A stretch of DNA of 59,566 bases from a virus (Duplodnaviria > Caudoviricetes): positions 1 to 59,566 of the IMG/VR virus record IMGVR_UViG_3300046796_000573; one strand, given 5' to 3'. The notes under the pieces were generated by a model that was not told where the DNA came from, ran no database searches, and was given only the letters and a program-made list of their open reading frames with translations. A program made the position numbers and the translations under genes. This document shows, piece by piece, positions 37,022 through 45,337 of this stretch. Within the stretch, counting starts at the first letter, position 1, and each line of letters starts with the position of its first letter.

Positions 37022-39430
37022 CTACGAAGCCACCACCTCTTCAGCAGCGGCATCCGTGGCGGCCTGCGCGTGCTCGAGCGTGACGTACTCGAGCGGCCTG
37101 GGCTTGCTGCCGCCAGCGCCGGGCACGCCCTTGGTGCCCCACAGCAGCGCGCTGGCCTGGCGCTGCACGTCGTCCTCGCCGAACGCGTCGAGCTCGAGCA
37201 CCGTGTGCGTGTACCGGGTGATCGCGTTGACGACGGCGGCGCGGCTGACCGCGTGCACCTTGCGCGCGCTCGATGCGTCCGCTTCCCAGCAGGCCACCAA
37301 CGCGTCGACGTGCTCGTCGATCTTGCTGCGACCCGGCAGCTTGATGCGCGCGCGCTGCCCACCGCTCAGCAGCCCGGCGAAGATGCCCCGCACCGCGTCG
37401 GTGGTGTTACCGGGCACGGCGTCGTCGCTGATCAGGCGGGCCACCTCCAGCACGTCCTCCTCGCAGGCGTAGTCCCACGCCTTGATGAAGTGCCCGATCG
37501 CGTCGAGCGCCTTGGCGAAGTGCGCCTGGAACTTCCGCGCCAGCTCGTAGACGCTGCCCACGTGGCGGATCGAGAACAGGTCGCGCGCCTGGCGGTCGAT
37601 GATCGCCAGGTTCAGGCACAGGTTCTGCCACGCCACCGAGCTGCCGCGGATCGCGCCGCCACCCGTGTCGTCGGTGCGCACCACCACCCCAGCCTTGAAG
37701 AACTCCCCGGCCACGTAGTGCCTGGGCTGCACGTTGGAGTGGAACAGCGCCTCGAACCTGGCGCGCGTGCCGTCGTACGTGACGCCACCGCGGGCCTCGG
37801 GTGCGGTGCGCTTCAGCGCCTCGCCGATCGCCTCCGCCACCTTGTCCACGTCGAACGTGGCGTACCCCGGCGACACGGTGGCCCAGATGGATCGCGGCGT
37901 GGTGCCGTCGGCCCTGGTGACCGCGCGGGTGCGGAAGACCAGCGACTGGCGCTTGGGTGCCTTGTCGGCGTCCTTCGCGTGCGGGCCCGCCTGCCACGCG
38001 CGGCGCTCCTTGTCCTCGCGGTCGAGCATGAGATCCGACTGCGCGTTGACGTTGTGGGCGCGCAGCACCGGCGGGCACTTGTCCACCAGGTAGTATCGAC
38101 CGCCGTAGCCCAGGCGGCCGAACATGCTGCCCACCGCGTCGCTGGAGATCGGCATCTCGGTGGCCACCATCAGCGAGCCCGACACGCCGCTGGTGAGGCC
38201 GTCTGCGATCACCGACTGCGGCCGCACGCGCACCCGGCCGTCGCCGGCCATGCCCACGTCGCTGGCGTACACCAGCAGGTCGGCGCGCTTCTCGTCGTGC
38301 ACGCGCTGGATCACGTTGTCGCAGAGCACGGTGACGAGCGGCTTGGCGTCGTGCTCGGCGCGCGATGCCCGGGCCGCCTCCACGCCAGCCTCGATCACGC
38401 GCAGGCCACGCTCGTACACGGTCTGCTTCGGCTCGAAGCCTGCCGCGCGCGCCGCCTCCAGGTCGCGCAGCGATCGCGCCAGGCCGATCGCGTCCACGCC
38501 CTGGGCGATGCTCTCGCCGTGCGACTCGAGGTTCGTCTTCGACGCCTCGCCCTGCGGCACGGCCTGCATCGTCATCCCGCCACCGAGCTGCACGCCCTGC
38601 GGAGGCGGCACGGCCGGCGACACCACACCCTCGCTGTCGCGGTGCATCCACCCGTGCGGCTTCGCGGGCTCCTGCCCGAGCAGCACGATCACCCCAGCGT
38701 CCTGGAAACCCAGGTTGACGCGGCGCTCGCGCATGGCGCGCGCCTGGCGCAGCGTGAGCGGCTCCGCGTGGCAGTACTTGCCGCTGCCGTTCGGCGCGAG
38801 CTCGAGGGCCCACCGCGGCACGTCGCCCATGGGGTCCTCCGCGTGCGGGCTGTTCGGCAGGGCCGCCATGCTGCGATCGGTCGCGTCCTGCACCGCCTGC
38901 TCGCGGGTGTCGTGCAGGTCGGCACGGATGTCGTCGTCGTCGAGCGCGGCCACCTCGGCCTCCACCTGCTGCCGTGCAGCGCGCCAGTCCGTGGGGTCCT
39001 CGCCGCGCATCCACGCGGTGTGGTGCGCCGTGAAGGCTGCGCCGGTGGCGTTCTCGTCCACCGCGGCCGCAGCGCACCAGCGCGCGAACGACAGGCCGTT
39101 CACCTCAGAACGGGAGGTCGTCGACGTGGGCGACGTCGCCGAAGGGGTTCCATGCTGCGCGAGCACCGCAGTAGCAGGGCCAGAAGCCACAAGCAGGGCA
39201 ACGGCGCTCACCGCGGCGTGCTTGGCCTTGGCCGCTGCGTCCTGCGAGCTTGCGCCGTCGGCCATCGCCAGGTGGTAGGCCCGCTTTGCCGCGCGCTCGA
39301 CTGCCGCCTTCTGCGGGGCCGTCAGCTCGTCCTCGTCGCTCGCCCGCATCTTGGGGTCCACCTGCGCCATGATCCTGGCGATCGCTTCGTCGTTGGTCTC
39401 GGTCGTCGTCTCGGTGTTGTTCATGTCCAT
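37022..39430 (-). CDS. Large protein with C-terminal DUF932-like domain (true start may be GTG 39103)
   Basis: VSPGY, GVVVRTDDTGGGA, LCLNLAI, RHVG motifs; AAGGAG RBS at 39430; frame ambiguity at 39105-39215. Confidence 0.6.
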   Translation of the reverse strand: MDMNNTETTTETNDEAIARIMAQVDPKMRASDEDELTAPQKAAVERAAKRAYHLAMADGASSQDAAAKAKHAAVSAVALLVASGPATAVLAQHGTPSATSPTSTTSRSEVNGLSFARWCAAAAVDENATGAAFTAHHTAWMRGEDPTDWRAARQQVEAEVAALDDDDIRADLHDTREQAVQDATDRSMAALPNSPHAEDPMGDVPRWALELAPNGSGKYCHAEPLTLRQARAMRERRVNLGFQDAGVIVLLGQEPAKPHGWMHRDSEGVVSPAVPPPQGVQLGGGMTMQAVPQGEASKTNLESHGESIAQGVDAIGLARSLRDLEAARAAGFEPKQTVYERGLRVIEAGVEAARASRAEHDAKPLVTVLCDNVIQRVHDEKRADLLVYASDVGMAGDGRVRVRPQSVIADGLTSGVSGSLMVATEMPISSDAVGSMFGRLGYGGRYYLVDKCPPVLRAHNVNAQSDLMLDREDKERRAWQAGPHAKDADKAPKRQSLVFRTRAVTRADGTTPRSIWATVSPGYATFDVDKVAEAIGEALKRTAPEARGGVTYDGTRARFEALFHSNVQPRHYVAGEFFKAGVVVRTDDTGGGAIRGSSVAWQNLCLNLAIIDRQARDLFSIRHVGSVYELARKFQAHFAKALDAIGHFIKAWDYACEEDVLEVARLISDDAVPGNTTDAVRGIFAGLLSGGQRARIKLPGRSKIDEHVDALVACWEADASSARKVHAVSRAAVVNAITRYTHTVLELDAFGEDDVQRQASALLWGTKGVPGAGGSKPRPLEYVTLEHAQAATDAAAEEVVAS

Positions 39431-39698
39431 GCTCCGCTCCTTGGGTCATCGTCAGTTGTACGTCGTCTCCGGCCACGTTGGCCGCTGCCAGGGCGAAGGC
39501 CCGGGCAAGGAATGTCACAGGCTCCAGGCCGTAGCCCTTCGCCACCTGCACCAGGTGCCGCTCGCGAGGCTCGCGCTCGCCACTCTCGAAGCGCGCGATC
39601 TCGTACTGGTGCAGGCCAGCACGCTCGGCGAGCTTCGACTGCGACAACCCTGCGGCCACGCGGTAGAGGCGCAGCGCCAGCGCGATCGGGCGCCTCAT
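39105..39698 (-). CDS. XRE-family HTH transcription regulator (C-terminal extent uncertain)
   Basis: LRLYRVAAGLSQSKLAERAGLHQYEIARFESGEREP. Confidence 0.75.
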   Translation of the reverse strand: MRRPIALALRLYRVAAGLSQSKLAERAGLHQYEIARFESGEREPRERHLVQVAKGYGLEPVTFLARAFALAAANVAGDDVQLTMTQGAEHGHEQHRDDDRDQRRSDRQDHGAGGPQDAGERRGRADGPAEGGSRARGKAGLPPGDGRRRKLAGRSGQGQARRGERRCPACGFWPCYCGARAAWNPFGDVAHVDDLPF

Positions 39699-40117
39699 CG
39701 TCGGCCCCCGATCGGCGGTGGTGCCTTGCGCTTCGCGCGTGCGGCCGCGATGCGCTCCACCTTGGCCAGGTGCAGCTGCTCGTCGAGCACCACCTTGGCG
39801 AAGACGCTGAGCTGCACCAGGCGCGCGTGACCGCCGCTGTTCCGCAGGCGCGTCACCCACCCGCGGGCCTGCCCGATCACCACGAACGGTTTCGCGTTGG
39901 CGAAGTTGGCGGTGGGCCTGCCGTGCCTGCCCAGCCACTGCCACGTGCGCAGCGGGCCAGCAGGGTCGCCGCCGTAATAGGTGGCCTCGATCTCCACCGC
40001 GTAGAGCTTCAGCTCGGGCACGCCGCGCAGGGCGCTCGCGGCCACAGTGTCGTCGGCCCGCTCGAGCGCGTCAGCCGTTACCTGCATCAGCTCGCCCAGG
40101 TTTGCCGGCGCGCTCAT
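39695..40117 (-). CDS. Hypothetical protein
   Basis: ATGA coupling. Confidence 0.55.
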   Translation of the reverse strand: MSAPANLGELMQVTADALERADDTVAASALRGVPELKLYAVEIEATYYGGDPAGPLRTWQWLGRHGRPTANFANAKPFVVIGQARGWVTRLRNSGGHARLVQLSVFAKVVLDEQLHLAKVERIAAARAKRKAPPPIGGRR

Positions 40118-40428
40118 CGCCAGGCCTCGCCCTTCAGCCACCCGCGCTCGCCCGCGTTGCGCACGTAGCCGCCTTCCATCAGACGGCCCAGCGCCTGCCA
40201 CACGCGCCGCTCCTGGAGGCCGGTGGCGGCCGCGATCTCCTCCGCGCGCAGGCCCCACCCGTGCTTCGCGAGCACTTCGATCGTGCGGATCTCGTGCTCC
40301 GAGCGCTTCCGTGCGGCCTGCGCGTTGCGGCGCGTGCGGCGCCTGTGCTGCTCGAGGCAACGCTCCGCGAGCGTGGCCCAACCGCCCGCGACGATCGCGG
40401 TGCTCACCGTTCTGCACGTGGTCGTCAT
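40114..40428 (-). CDS. Winged-HTH protein with Arg-rich N-terminal segment
   Basis: EEIAAATGLQERRVWQALGRLMEGGYV; RRRTRRNAQAARKR. Confidence 0.65.
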   Translation of the reverse strand: MTTTCRTVSTAIVAGGWATLAERCLEQHRRRTRRNAQAARKRSEHEIRTIEVLAKHGWGLRAEEIAAATGLQERRVWQALGRLMEGGYVRNAGERGWLKGEAWR

Positions 40429-41171
40429 GACGTCGCTCCGATCTGTCGCAGTGTCTCTTCGCGCCAGGCCATCGCGTAGCGCGCGCAGTTGGCGCAGCTG
40501 GCGTGCTCGCACCCGTGCAGGGGCTCGGCGCGGCGCGCGTCGTAGCTCCACGCCAGCGAGTCGCTCGAGGCCAGCAGTCGTCCTCCTGGTGATGCCAGTC
40601 CGGTGCGCTTGAAGCCGAACCCGTGCAGGCGCAGGCCCTCGTCCGCCAGCCACGCCAGGAGGAGCGAGGCGGACACCGTGTTCTGCCGGCGGCACACCGT
40701 GCCCACGCCCACCAGCGGCTCCGCCAGCAGGTCCACGCCGGCAGCGGTGTACGCGTCCACGTGATCCAGGTAGTCGCCGCGCGCCCAGCCTTGCAGCACG
40801 GGCACGATCGGCAGCTCCGGCGCCAGCGCGCGCAGCTCGAGGTAGTTGGCCAGCGTGCGCGCCTGGTGCTCCGCCACGGTCAGCCCGGTGCGACGCAACA
40901 TCTCCGGCTCGCACATCCAGTCCTGTGGTGCTGCCCAGGCCAGCGAGCCGATGTCGTCGCGGTACCGGCGCACCTGCGCGACGTAGGCGCGTGCGTCGAG
41001 CTGCCACGCGCCATGCATCGACAGCTCGGTGAAGCCGCCGCTGTCCAGCGCCCACGTCGCAGCCGCACGGGGCAGGCGCTTCATCGTCTCCAGCCGGCGG
41101 CGCGAGACGAACAGCGGCACGCCCAGCGTGGCCAGCCAGTTGACCTGATGCGTGCCCAGGTAGAACGTCAC
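40425..41171 (-). CDS. dpdA: DpdA-like (TGT-fold) deazaguanine DNA transglycosylase
   Basis: WALDSGGF, PQDWMCE, PVLQG, VGVG, LHGFG, SSDSLAW motifs characteristic of TGT/DpdA. Confidence 0.75.
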   Translation of the reverse strand: MTFYLGTHQVNWLATLGVPLFVSRRRLETMKRLPRAAATWALDSGGFTELSMHGAWQLDARAYVAQVRRYRDDIGSLAWAAPQDWMCEPEMLRRTGLTVAEHQARTLANYLELRALAPELPIVPVLQGWARGDYLDHVDAYTAAGVDLLAEPLVGVGTVCRRQNTVSASLLLAWLADEGLRLHGFGFKRTGLASPGGRLLASSDSLAWSYDARRAEPLHGCEHASCANCARYAMAWREETLRQIGATS

Positions 41172-41605
41172 AGCAGCCTCCGCACGCGCAGGCCACGGTT
41201 CACGTCCACGTGCTCGCCGATCTTCAGCGCGCGCACCTGCTCCACCACCTCGGGCGTGTCCGCGTTCGCCTCGACGAACTGCGACAGCGTGCACTTGGTG
41301 CGGGCGCACTCGTCGCTGTCCACGATCTCCAGGAACGGGTCCGCGCCCACGCCCACCACGTCGAGCATGCCCTGGTCGTTCATCTCCTCCAGCAGGTCGC
41401 GCACGTCGGAGGCCGCACCGCGCACGCACCAGCGCAGGCGCAGCTCGCCGCCCAGCGTGGTCGGCTTGGCCACGTCGTGGTGGAGCTTGTCCACGCCGAC
41501 CATGCGGTGCTCGAGCACGCAGTCGAAGTCGCGCGCCAGGTCTTCCAGGCGCACCTGCGCGGCAGGCGTTGTCGGCGCAGGCACCAGGCGGATCGTGTCG
41601 CTCAT
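41168..41605 (-). CDS. Hypothetical protein
   Basis: Coupled. Confidence 0.55.
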   Translation of the reverse strand: MSDTIRLVPAPTTPAAQVRLEDLARDFDCVLEHRMVGVDKLHHDVAKPTTLGGELRLRWCVRGAASDVRDLLEEMNDQGMLDVVGVGADPFLEIVDSDECARTKCTLSQFVEANADTPEVVEQVRALKIGEHVDVNRGLRVRRLL

Positions 41606-41892
41606 CGCGGGAGCCCTTCGTGCTTCGCGGCGTCGTACGGCTCGCAGGCGACCAGGCAGTCGGGGTGCTTCTCGCTGGCCGCCTTCGCCACGCGGTCGGC
41701 GATGTAGCGCCGCTCGAACGGCCCGTAGGCCTTGACCACGCGGCCCAGCGTGCAGCCCGTCTCCGGGTCCACGGGGCCGCCGTGCATCGTCCAGCGGATC
41801 ACCATGGTGCGCACCGGCACCAACGACGGCGGCGTCGTATGGCGCGCGGCAGCGAGCTCGCGGCCCCAGGGCAAGCGGTTCGCGTTCGCCAT
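41602..41892 (-). CDS. Hypothetical protein
   Basis: Coupled. Confidence 0.5.
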   Translation of the reverse strand: MANANRLPWGRELAAARHTTPPSLVPVRTMVIRWTMHGGPVDPETGCTLGRVVKAYGPFERRYIADRVAKAASEKHPDCLVACEPYDAAKHEGLPR

Positions 41893-42425
41893 CACGCCAC
41901 CCCTTCCACGCTGAGCGCGCGCTTGCACGGCGCGGTGCGCTCCAGGTCGGCACGCAGGTCGCCAAGCAACTGGGCCCGCTCCACACGGCACAGCGTCTCG
42001 TCGCTGCGGGCCGCTGCGATGTCCTGCACCACGCGGCAGCGCTTGCAGGTGCACGGGTCCAGCACGGCCAGGCGCTCCGCTGCGTCGGGCCCCAGCAGGG
42101 CGCGCACCAGCACGCGCAGGCTGCGCTTCGCCTCGCGCAGGCGCAGGGCGCCGTCGTCCACGCGGCGCTGCTGCACCCGGCGCTGGTCCGCGTCGTCGGC
42201 GATCCTGCCGGCGGCCACGTCGCGGTCGTCGAGCTCGATCGATCGCTGGTCGCGCGCCAGTAGCGTGCCCAGCTCGTCCACGCGCTCGGCCTCGTCCAGC
42301 AGGGCGCGCTCGCCCGGCCTCGTCACCAGGCTGGTGATGCCATCGCCGAGATCCACCTGCCCACACGACAGCGCACGCGCGACTTCCGCGTGCACCGCCT
42401 CCCACCACTGCGTCGATCGCTTCAT
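41892..42425 (-). CDS. Hypothetical protein with CxCxxC
   Basis: PCTCKRC; coupled. Confidence 0.55.
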   Translation of the reverse strand: MKRSTQWWEAVHAEVARALSCGQVDLGDGITSLVTRPGERALLDEAERVDELGTLLARDQRSIELDDRDVAAGRIADDADQRRVQQRRVDDGALRLREAKRSLRVLVRALLGPDAAERLAVLDPCTCKRCRVVQDIAAARSDETLCRVERAQLLGDLRADLERTAPCKRALSVEGVA

Positions 42426-42874
42426 CGTGCGCTCCACTTCTGGTCCGGTCCGAACGGGTTCGCCTTGCCCTGGTCATGCTTCGCGCGCCCGGTGCCGCCG
42501 CACGCCGGGCACTCGATGGACGTCTCGTTGTTGACGCCTTCGCCCTTGCAGGTGGGGCAGCAGCGGCCCTCGCCCTGGGCGTGCCGTGCGCAGCAGTGGA
42601 TCGAGATCACGCGGTCGCCGGGGATGTCGTGCTTGGCCTTGGCCATCGGCGAGAACGGGCTCCAGCTGCGGCCCCGCACGCGATCGCTGGCCGCGTCGAT
42701 CCGCGCGGCGTGCTCCACGTCGATGACGGGCACCTGCACGCGGTGCAGCCCGGGCCTGCGCGCCGTGGTCACCCACGGGTCGCCGATCACCTGGGCTTCG
42801 AACCTGCGCCCGTTGGCCAGCTGCACCACGATCCGCGCGCCGGTGCGCAGCGCCAGCAGCTCGCGGGCGGTCAC
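42422..42874 (-). CDS. Protein with DnaJ-type CxxCxGxG zinc finger
   Basis: CPTCKGEG and CPACGGTG. Confidence 0.6.
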   Translation of the reverse strand: MTARELLALRTGARIVVQLANGRRFEAQVIGDPWVTTARRPGLHRVQVPVIDVEHAARIDAASDRVRGRSWSPFSPMAKAKHDIPGDRVISIHCCARHAQGEGRCCPTCKGEGVNNETSIECPACGGTGRAKHDQGKANPFGPDQKWSAR

Positions 42875-43152
42875 GCTGCACCTGCGTCGATCCGCGCAAG
42901 CTGCGCCGGCCACACCATGCACTCCACGGCGGCCCAGCCGGAGCGGTCGCGCACGCGGTAGACGAACTTCTGTGCCAGGTGCACGGCGAGCTGCCGCTTG
43001 TCCATCTTGCTGCGGTATCCAAGGTCCACCGCGCTAGCGATCTGGCGCAGCTCGCCGCAGGTGCGGGCCTGGAGCTCCTGCACCACCACCATCACCGCTG
43101 CGGCCTGCACGCGCAGGTTCCGCTCGCGCCTGGGCTCGGCGGGCCCGTTCAC
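42871..43152 (-). CDS. Small protein, Rho N-terminal/SAP-like helical motif
   Basis: ELRQIASAVDL.YRSKMDKRQL. Confidence 0.5.
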   Translation of the reverse strand: MNGPAEPRRERNLRVQAAAVMVVVQELQARTCGELRQIASAVDLGYRSKMDKRQLAVHLAQKFVYRVRDRSGWAAVECMVWPAQLARIDAGAA

Positions 43153-43961
43153 GCTGCACCTCCCACCAGCTCCACCTCGTGGTCGATCAGCTCCAAGGTG
43201 CGGCCGTCCGGGGCCACCACCGTGTAGCAGGCGTAGTCGCACTCGATCAGCTGGCCGCTGGCGCGCCTGGCGGCGCACGCCGGGCCCTCGTCCAGGACGT
43301 CGCCGTTGGCGTCGTGTGGCTCCACCTGCACGCTGCGCACTACGGCCTGCACGCCCACGTCGCTGGCCTTGGGGTGGTGGTCGCGCCCGTTGAACCCGTA
43401 CGGATCGACGGCCACCACGCGCAACGTGCTGCCCACCGCGAACACCGGGCGCGGCGCGCCGTCGGCCTCGCCCTGGCCGGTGTGCACCGCGCCGATCACG
43501 CTGGTCGCCACCGCCGGCACCGCGGCCACCACGGCCGGCACCGTTGCGGTCGCACCCTTGGCGCAGGTGCTATCGCGTTGCACCTGACCGCCGTGCTCGA
43601 GGGCCACGCGCGTGGCCGTCACGTGCTTCTCGATGCGCGAAACGCCCTCCTCGCCCAGCACCACGTACGCCAACGACTGGAACGACTTGATGGCCTGTTC
43701 GATGCGGCCACAGCGCTCCTCGGCGTTGCGCAGGTGCGAGTAGCCGAACGGCGCATCCCAGTGCCTGCCCTGCACCAGGTAGCGCGCGTAGGCGGCGAAC
43801 TTGGCGCTCAGATCGCGCATGTCGTGCGCCTGCTGGTCGAGCAGGTAGTCGATGTCGCGCGCCGCCCGCAGCACCTCAAAGGTGGGCCGATCCATCTTGC
43901 CCGGGATGCGATCCAGCTCAGCCTGCACCGCGTCCGCCCAAATCGTGATGTCTTTTGCCAT
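43149..43961 (-). CDS. Hypothetical protein, first gene of the leftward operon
   Basis: AAGGAG RBS, ATG 43961. Confidence 0.65.
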   Translation of the reverse strand: MAKDITIWADAVQAELDRIPGKMDRPTFEVLRAARDIDYLLDQQAHDMRDLSAKFAAYARYLVQGRHWDAPFGYSHLRNAEERCGRIEQAIKSFQSLAYVVLGEEGVSRIEKHVTATRVALEHGGQVQRDSTCAKGATATVPAVVAAVPAVATSVIGAVHTGQGEADGAPRPVFAVGSTLRVVAVDPYGFNGRDHHPKASDVGVQAVVRSVQVEPHDANGDVLDEGPACAARRASGQLIECDYACYTVVAPDGRTLELIDHEVELVGGAA

Positions 43962-44153
43962 GGTCCCGCTCCTTGTTCCCACCCGGGCCCGACGCCCAAC
44001 TGGGATAGCCATCATGCCACCAGCGGCATTGCTGCACAAGCGCCAAGCGCCTGGCGGCCCTGGGCAATCGGCAAACCGCCCACAGGTTCAGGCGTGCACT
44101 GCGCTGTTTTGCGCTTGCCATGCGCCCAGTGAGCGCGGCATGTTGGCCAGCCC
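43962..44153. promoter_or_regulatory. Divergent early promoter region
   Basis: Only divergent intergenic region; rightward TTGCCA...CATGTT, leftward TTGTGC...CATGAT; CAAGCGC repeats. Confidence 0.5.
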
Positions 44154-44363
44154 ATGCGAGTCGAGAAGCTGAACGGGTTCCCCACGCTGGCGGAGGTCCG
44201 CCGCAACTACATCCGCCAGGTGCTGATCATGGCGCGCGGCGAGGTCGCCCTGGCGGAGCGCACGCTGGACTACAGCCTGCGGCGCCTGCTCGAGACCGAC
44301 ACCGCGCTGCGGGCCGAGGTGGACGCGCTGCGGGCCGCTGCACGGCAGGGGAGGGCAGCGTGA
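44154..44363 (+). CDS. Stand-alone Fis-type HTH protein
   Basis: PTLAEVRRNYIRQVL...GEVALAERTL resembles Fis/NtrC C-terminal HTH. Confidence 0.6.
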   Translation: MRVEKLNGFPTLAEVRRNYIRQVLIMARGEVALAERTLDYSLRRLLETDTALRAEVDALRAAARQGRAA

Positions 44364-45337
44364 CCTGGACGGTGGCGGAGCTCCGTGCTGTGCTGGCCCT
44401 GCCCCTGGACGACGACCGCCTGCGGGTCATGGTCGTCCACCTGGTCGGACCCCCCGAGGCACCACCGGCACCGGTGGCAACCAACCCAAGGCGGGCAGCT
44501 GCGGGTAGGAAGGGTGGCCAAGCCAGGGTCCGAAACGCCCAAGCCAGCCCCCAAGCCAGCGAGGCAAGCCAGCCAAGCCAGGACCCAAGCCAGCCCCCAA
44601 GCCAGCCAAGCCAGCGCCAGGCCAGCCCCCTCGCGGTCTCCAGTGGAGATCTCTCTTCTCTTGCAGGATCTGAGGGAGATCAGAGCTCAGAAGGAGAGGG
44701 AGAGTGCGAGAGGGAGAACCCTACCGCAGCTAGCTTGCAAGCAAGCCAGCCAAGCCAGGCAAGCCAAGCCAAGCCAGGCAAGCCAGCCAAGCCAGGACCC
44801 AAGCCAGAGGACCCCTGGGGCCTGGTGCCCACCGGCCAGGATCCCGACGCGCCCAAGGCGGTGGCCAAGGCACCGAAGAGCGCCAAGCCAGACCTCGCCC
44901 TGGCTTGCCTGGAGGAGCCCGAGCGGATCGCCTACGAGGTGATCATCAGCGACGAGAGTCTGGCGCCGATCGTCCCGCGCCCTGCCGCCTGCGCCCGTGA
45001 CCTCTGTGCGATCGGCCCAGGGGTCGACGTCGCCATGGAGATCCGCAAAGCAGGTGCCTGGCTGCGCTCGCACCCGGAGCAGCGCAAGTCGCTAGGCGCG
45101 GCGTACCTTGGGCGCTGGATCACCAGGGCGCAGGAGAGCGCGCGCCACCGGCCCACGCTGGCGGCCCAGGCGCAGCGCCTCCGCGCGGTGCCACCGCCAC
45201 GCGACGACGGTGCACCGCCGGCCACACCTGCCGAGCAGCGCGCCGTGGACGAGCTGCGCTCGAAGGGCAGGCCCACCGACGAGGAGCTGATGGCGCCCAT
45301 GGTGATCCCTGAGCACCTGCGCGGGGCCGCGTCGTGA
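44360..45337 (+). CDS. Putative replication initiator (lambda O-like position)
   Basis: AAGRKGGQAR motif, internal DNA repeats, directly upstream of DnaB. Confidence 0.6.
   Translation: MTWTVAELRAVLALPLDDDRLRVMVVHLVGPPEAPPAPVATNPRRAAAGRKGGQARVRNAQASPQASEASQPSQDPSQPPSQPSQRQASPLAVSSGDLSSLAGSEGDQSSEGEGECERENPTAASLQASQPSQASQAKPGKPAKPGPKPEDPWGLVPTGQDPDAPKAVAKAPKSAKPDLALACLEEPERIAYEVIISDESLAPIVPRPAACARDLCAIGPGVDVAMEIRKAGAWLRSHPEQRKSLGAAYLGRWITRAQESARHRPTLAAQAQRLRAVPPPRDDGAPPATPAEQRAVDELRSKGRPTDEELMAPMVIPEHLRGAAS
44519..44891 (+). repeat. About 15 CAAGCCAG direct repeats, putative iterons/origin
   Basis: Two clusters (44519-44614, 44742-44807) plus one at 44884, flanking a purine/pyrimidine-skewed spacer. 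Confidence 0.75.

Noticed and set aside
44519-44891. CAAGCCAG array as a CRISPR array
   Set aside because: Units are 8 nt with 1-5 nt gaps, there are no unique spacers and no cas genes
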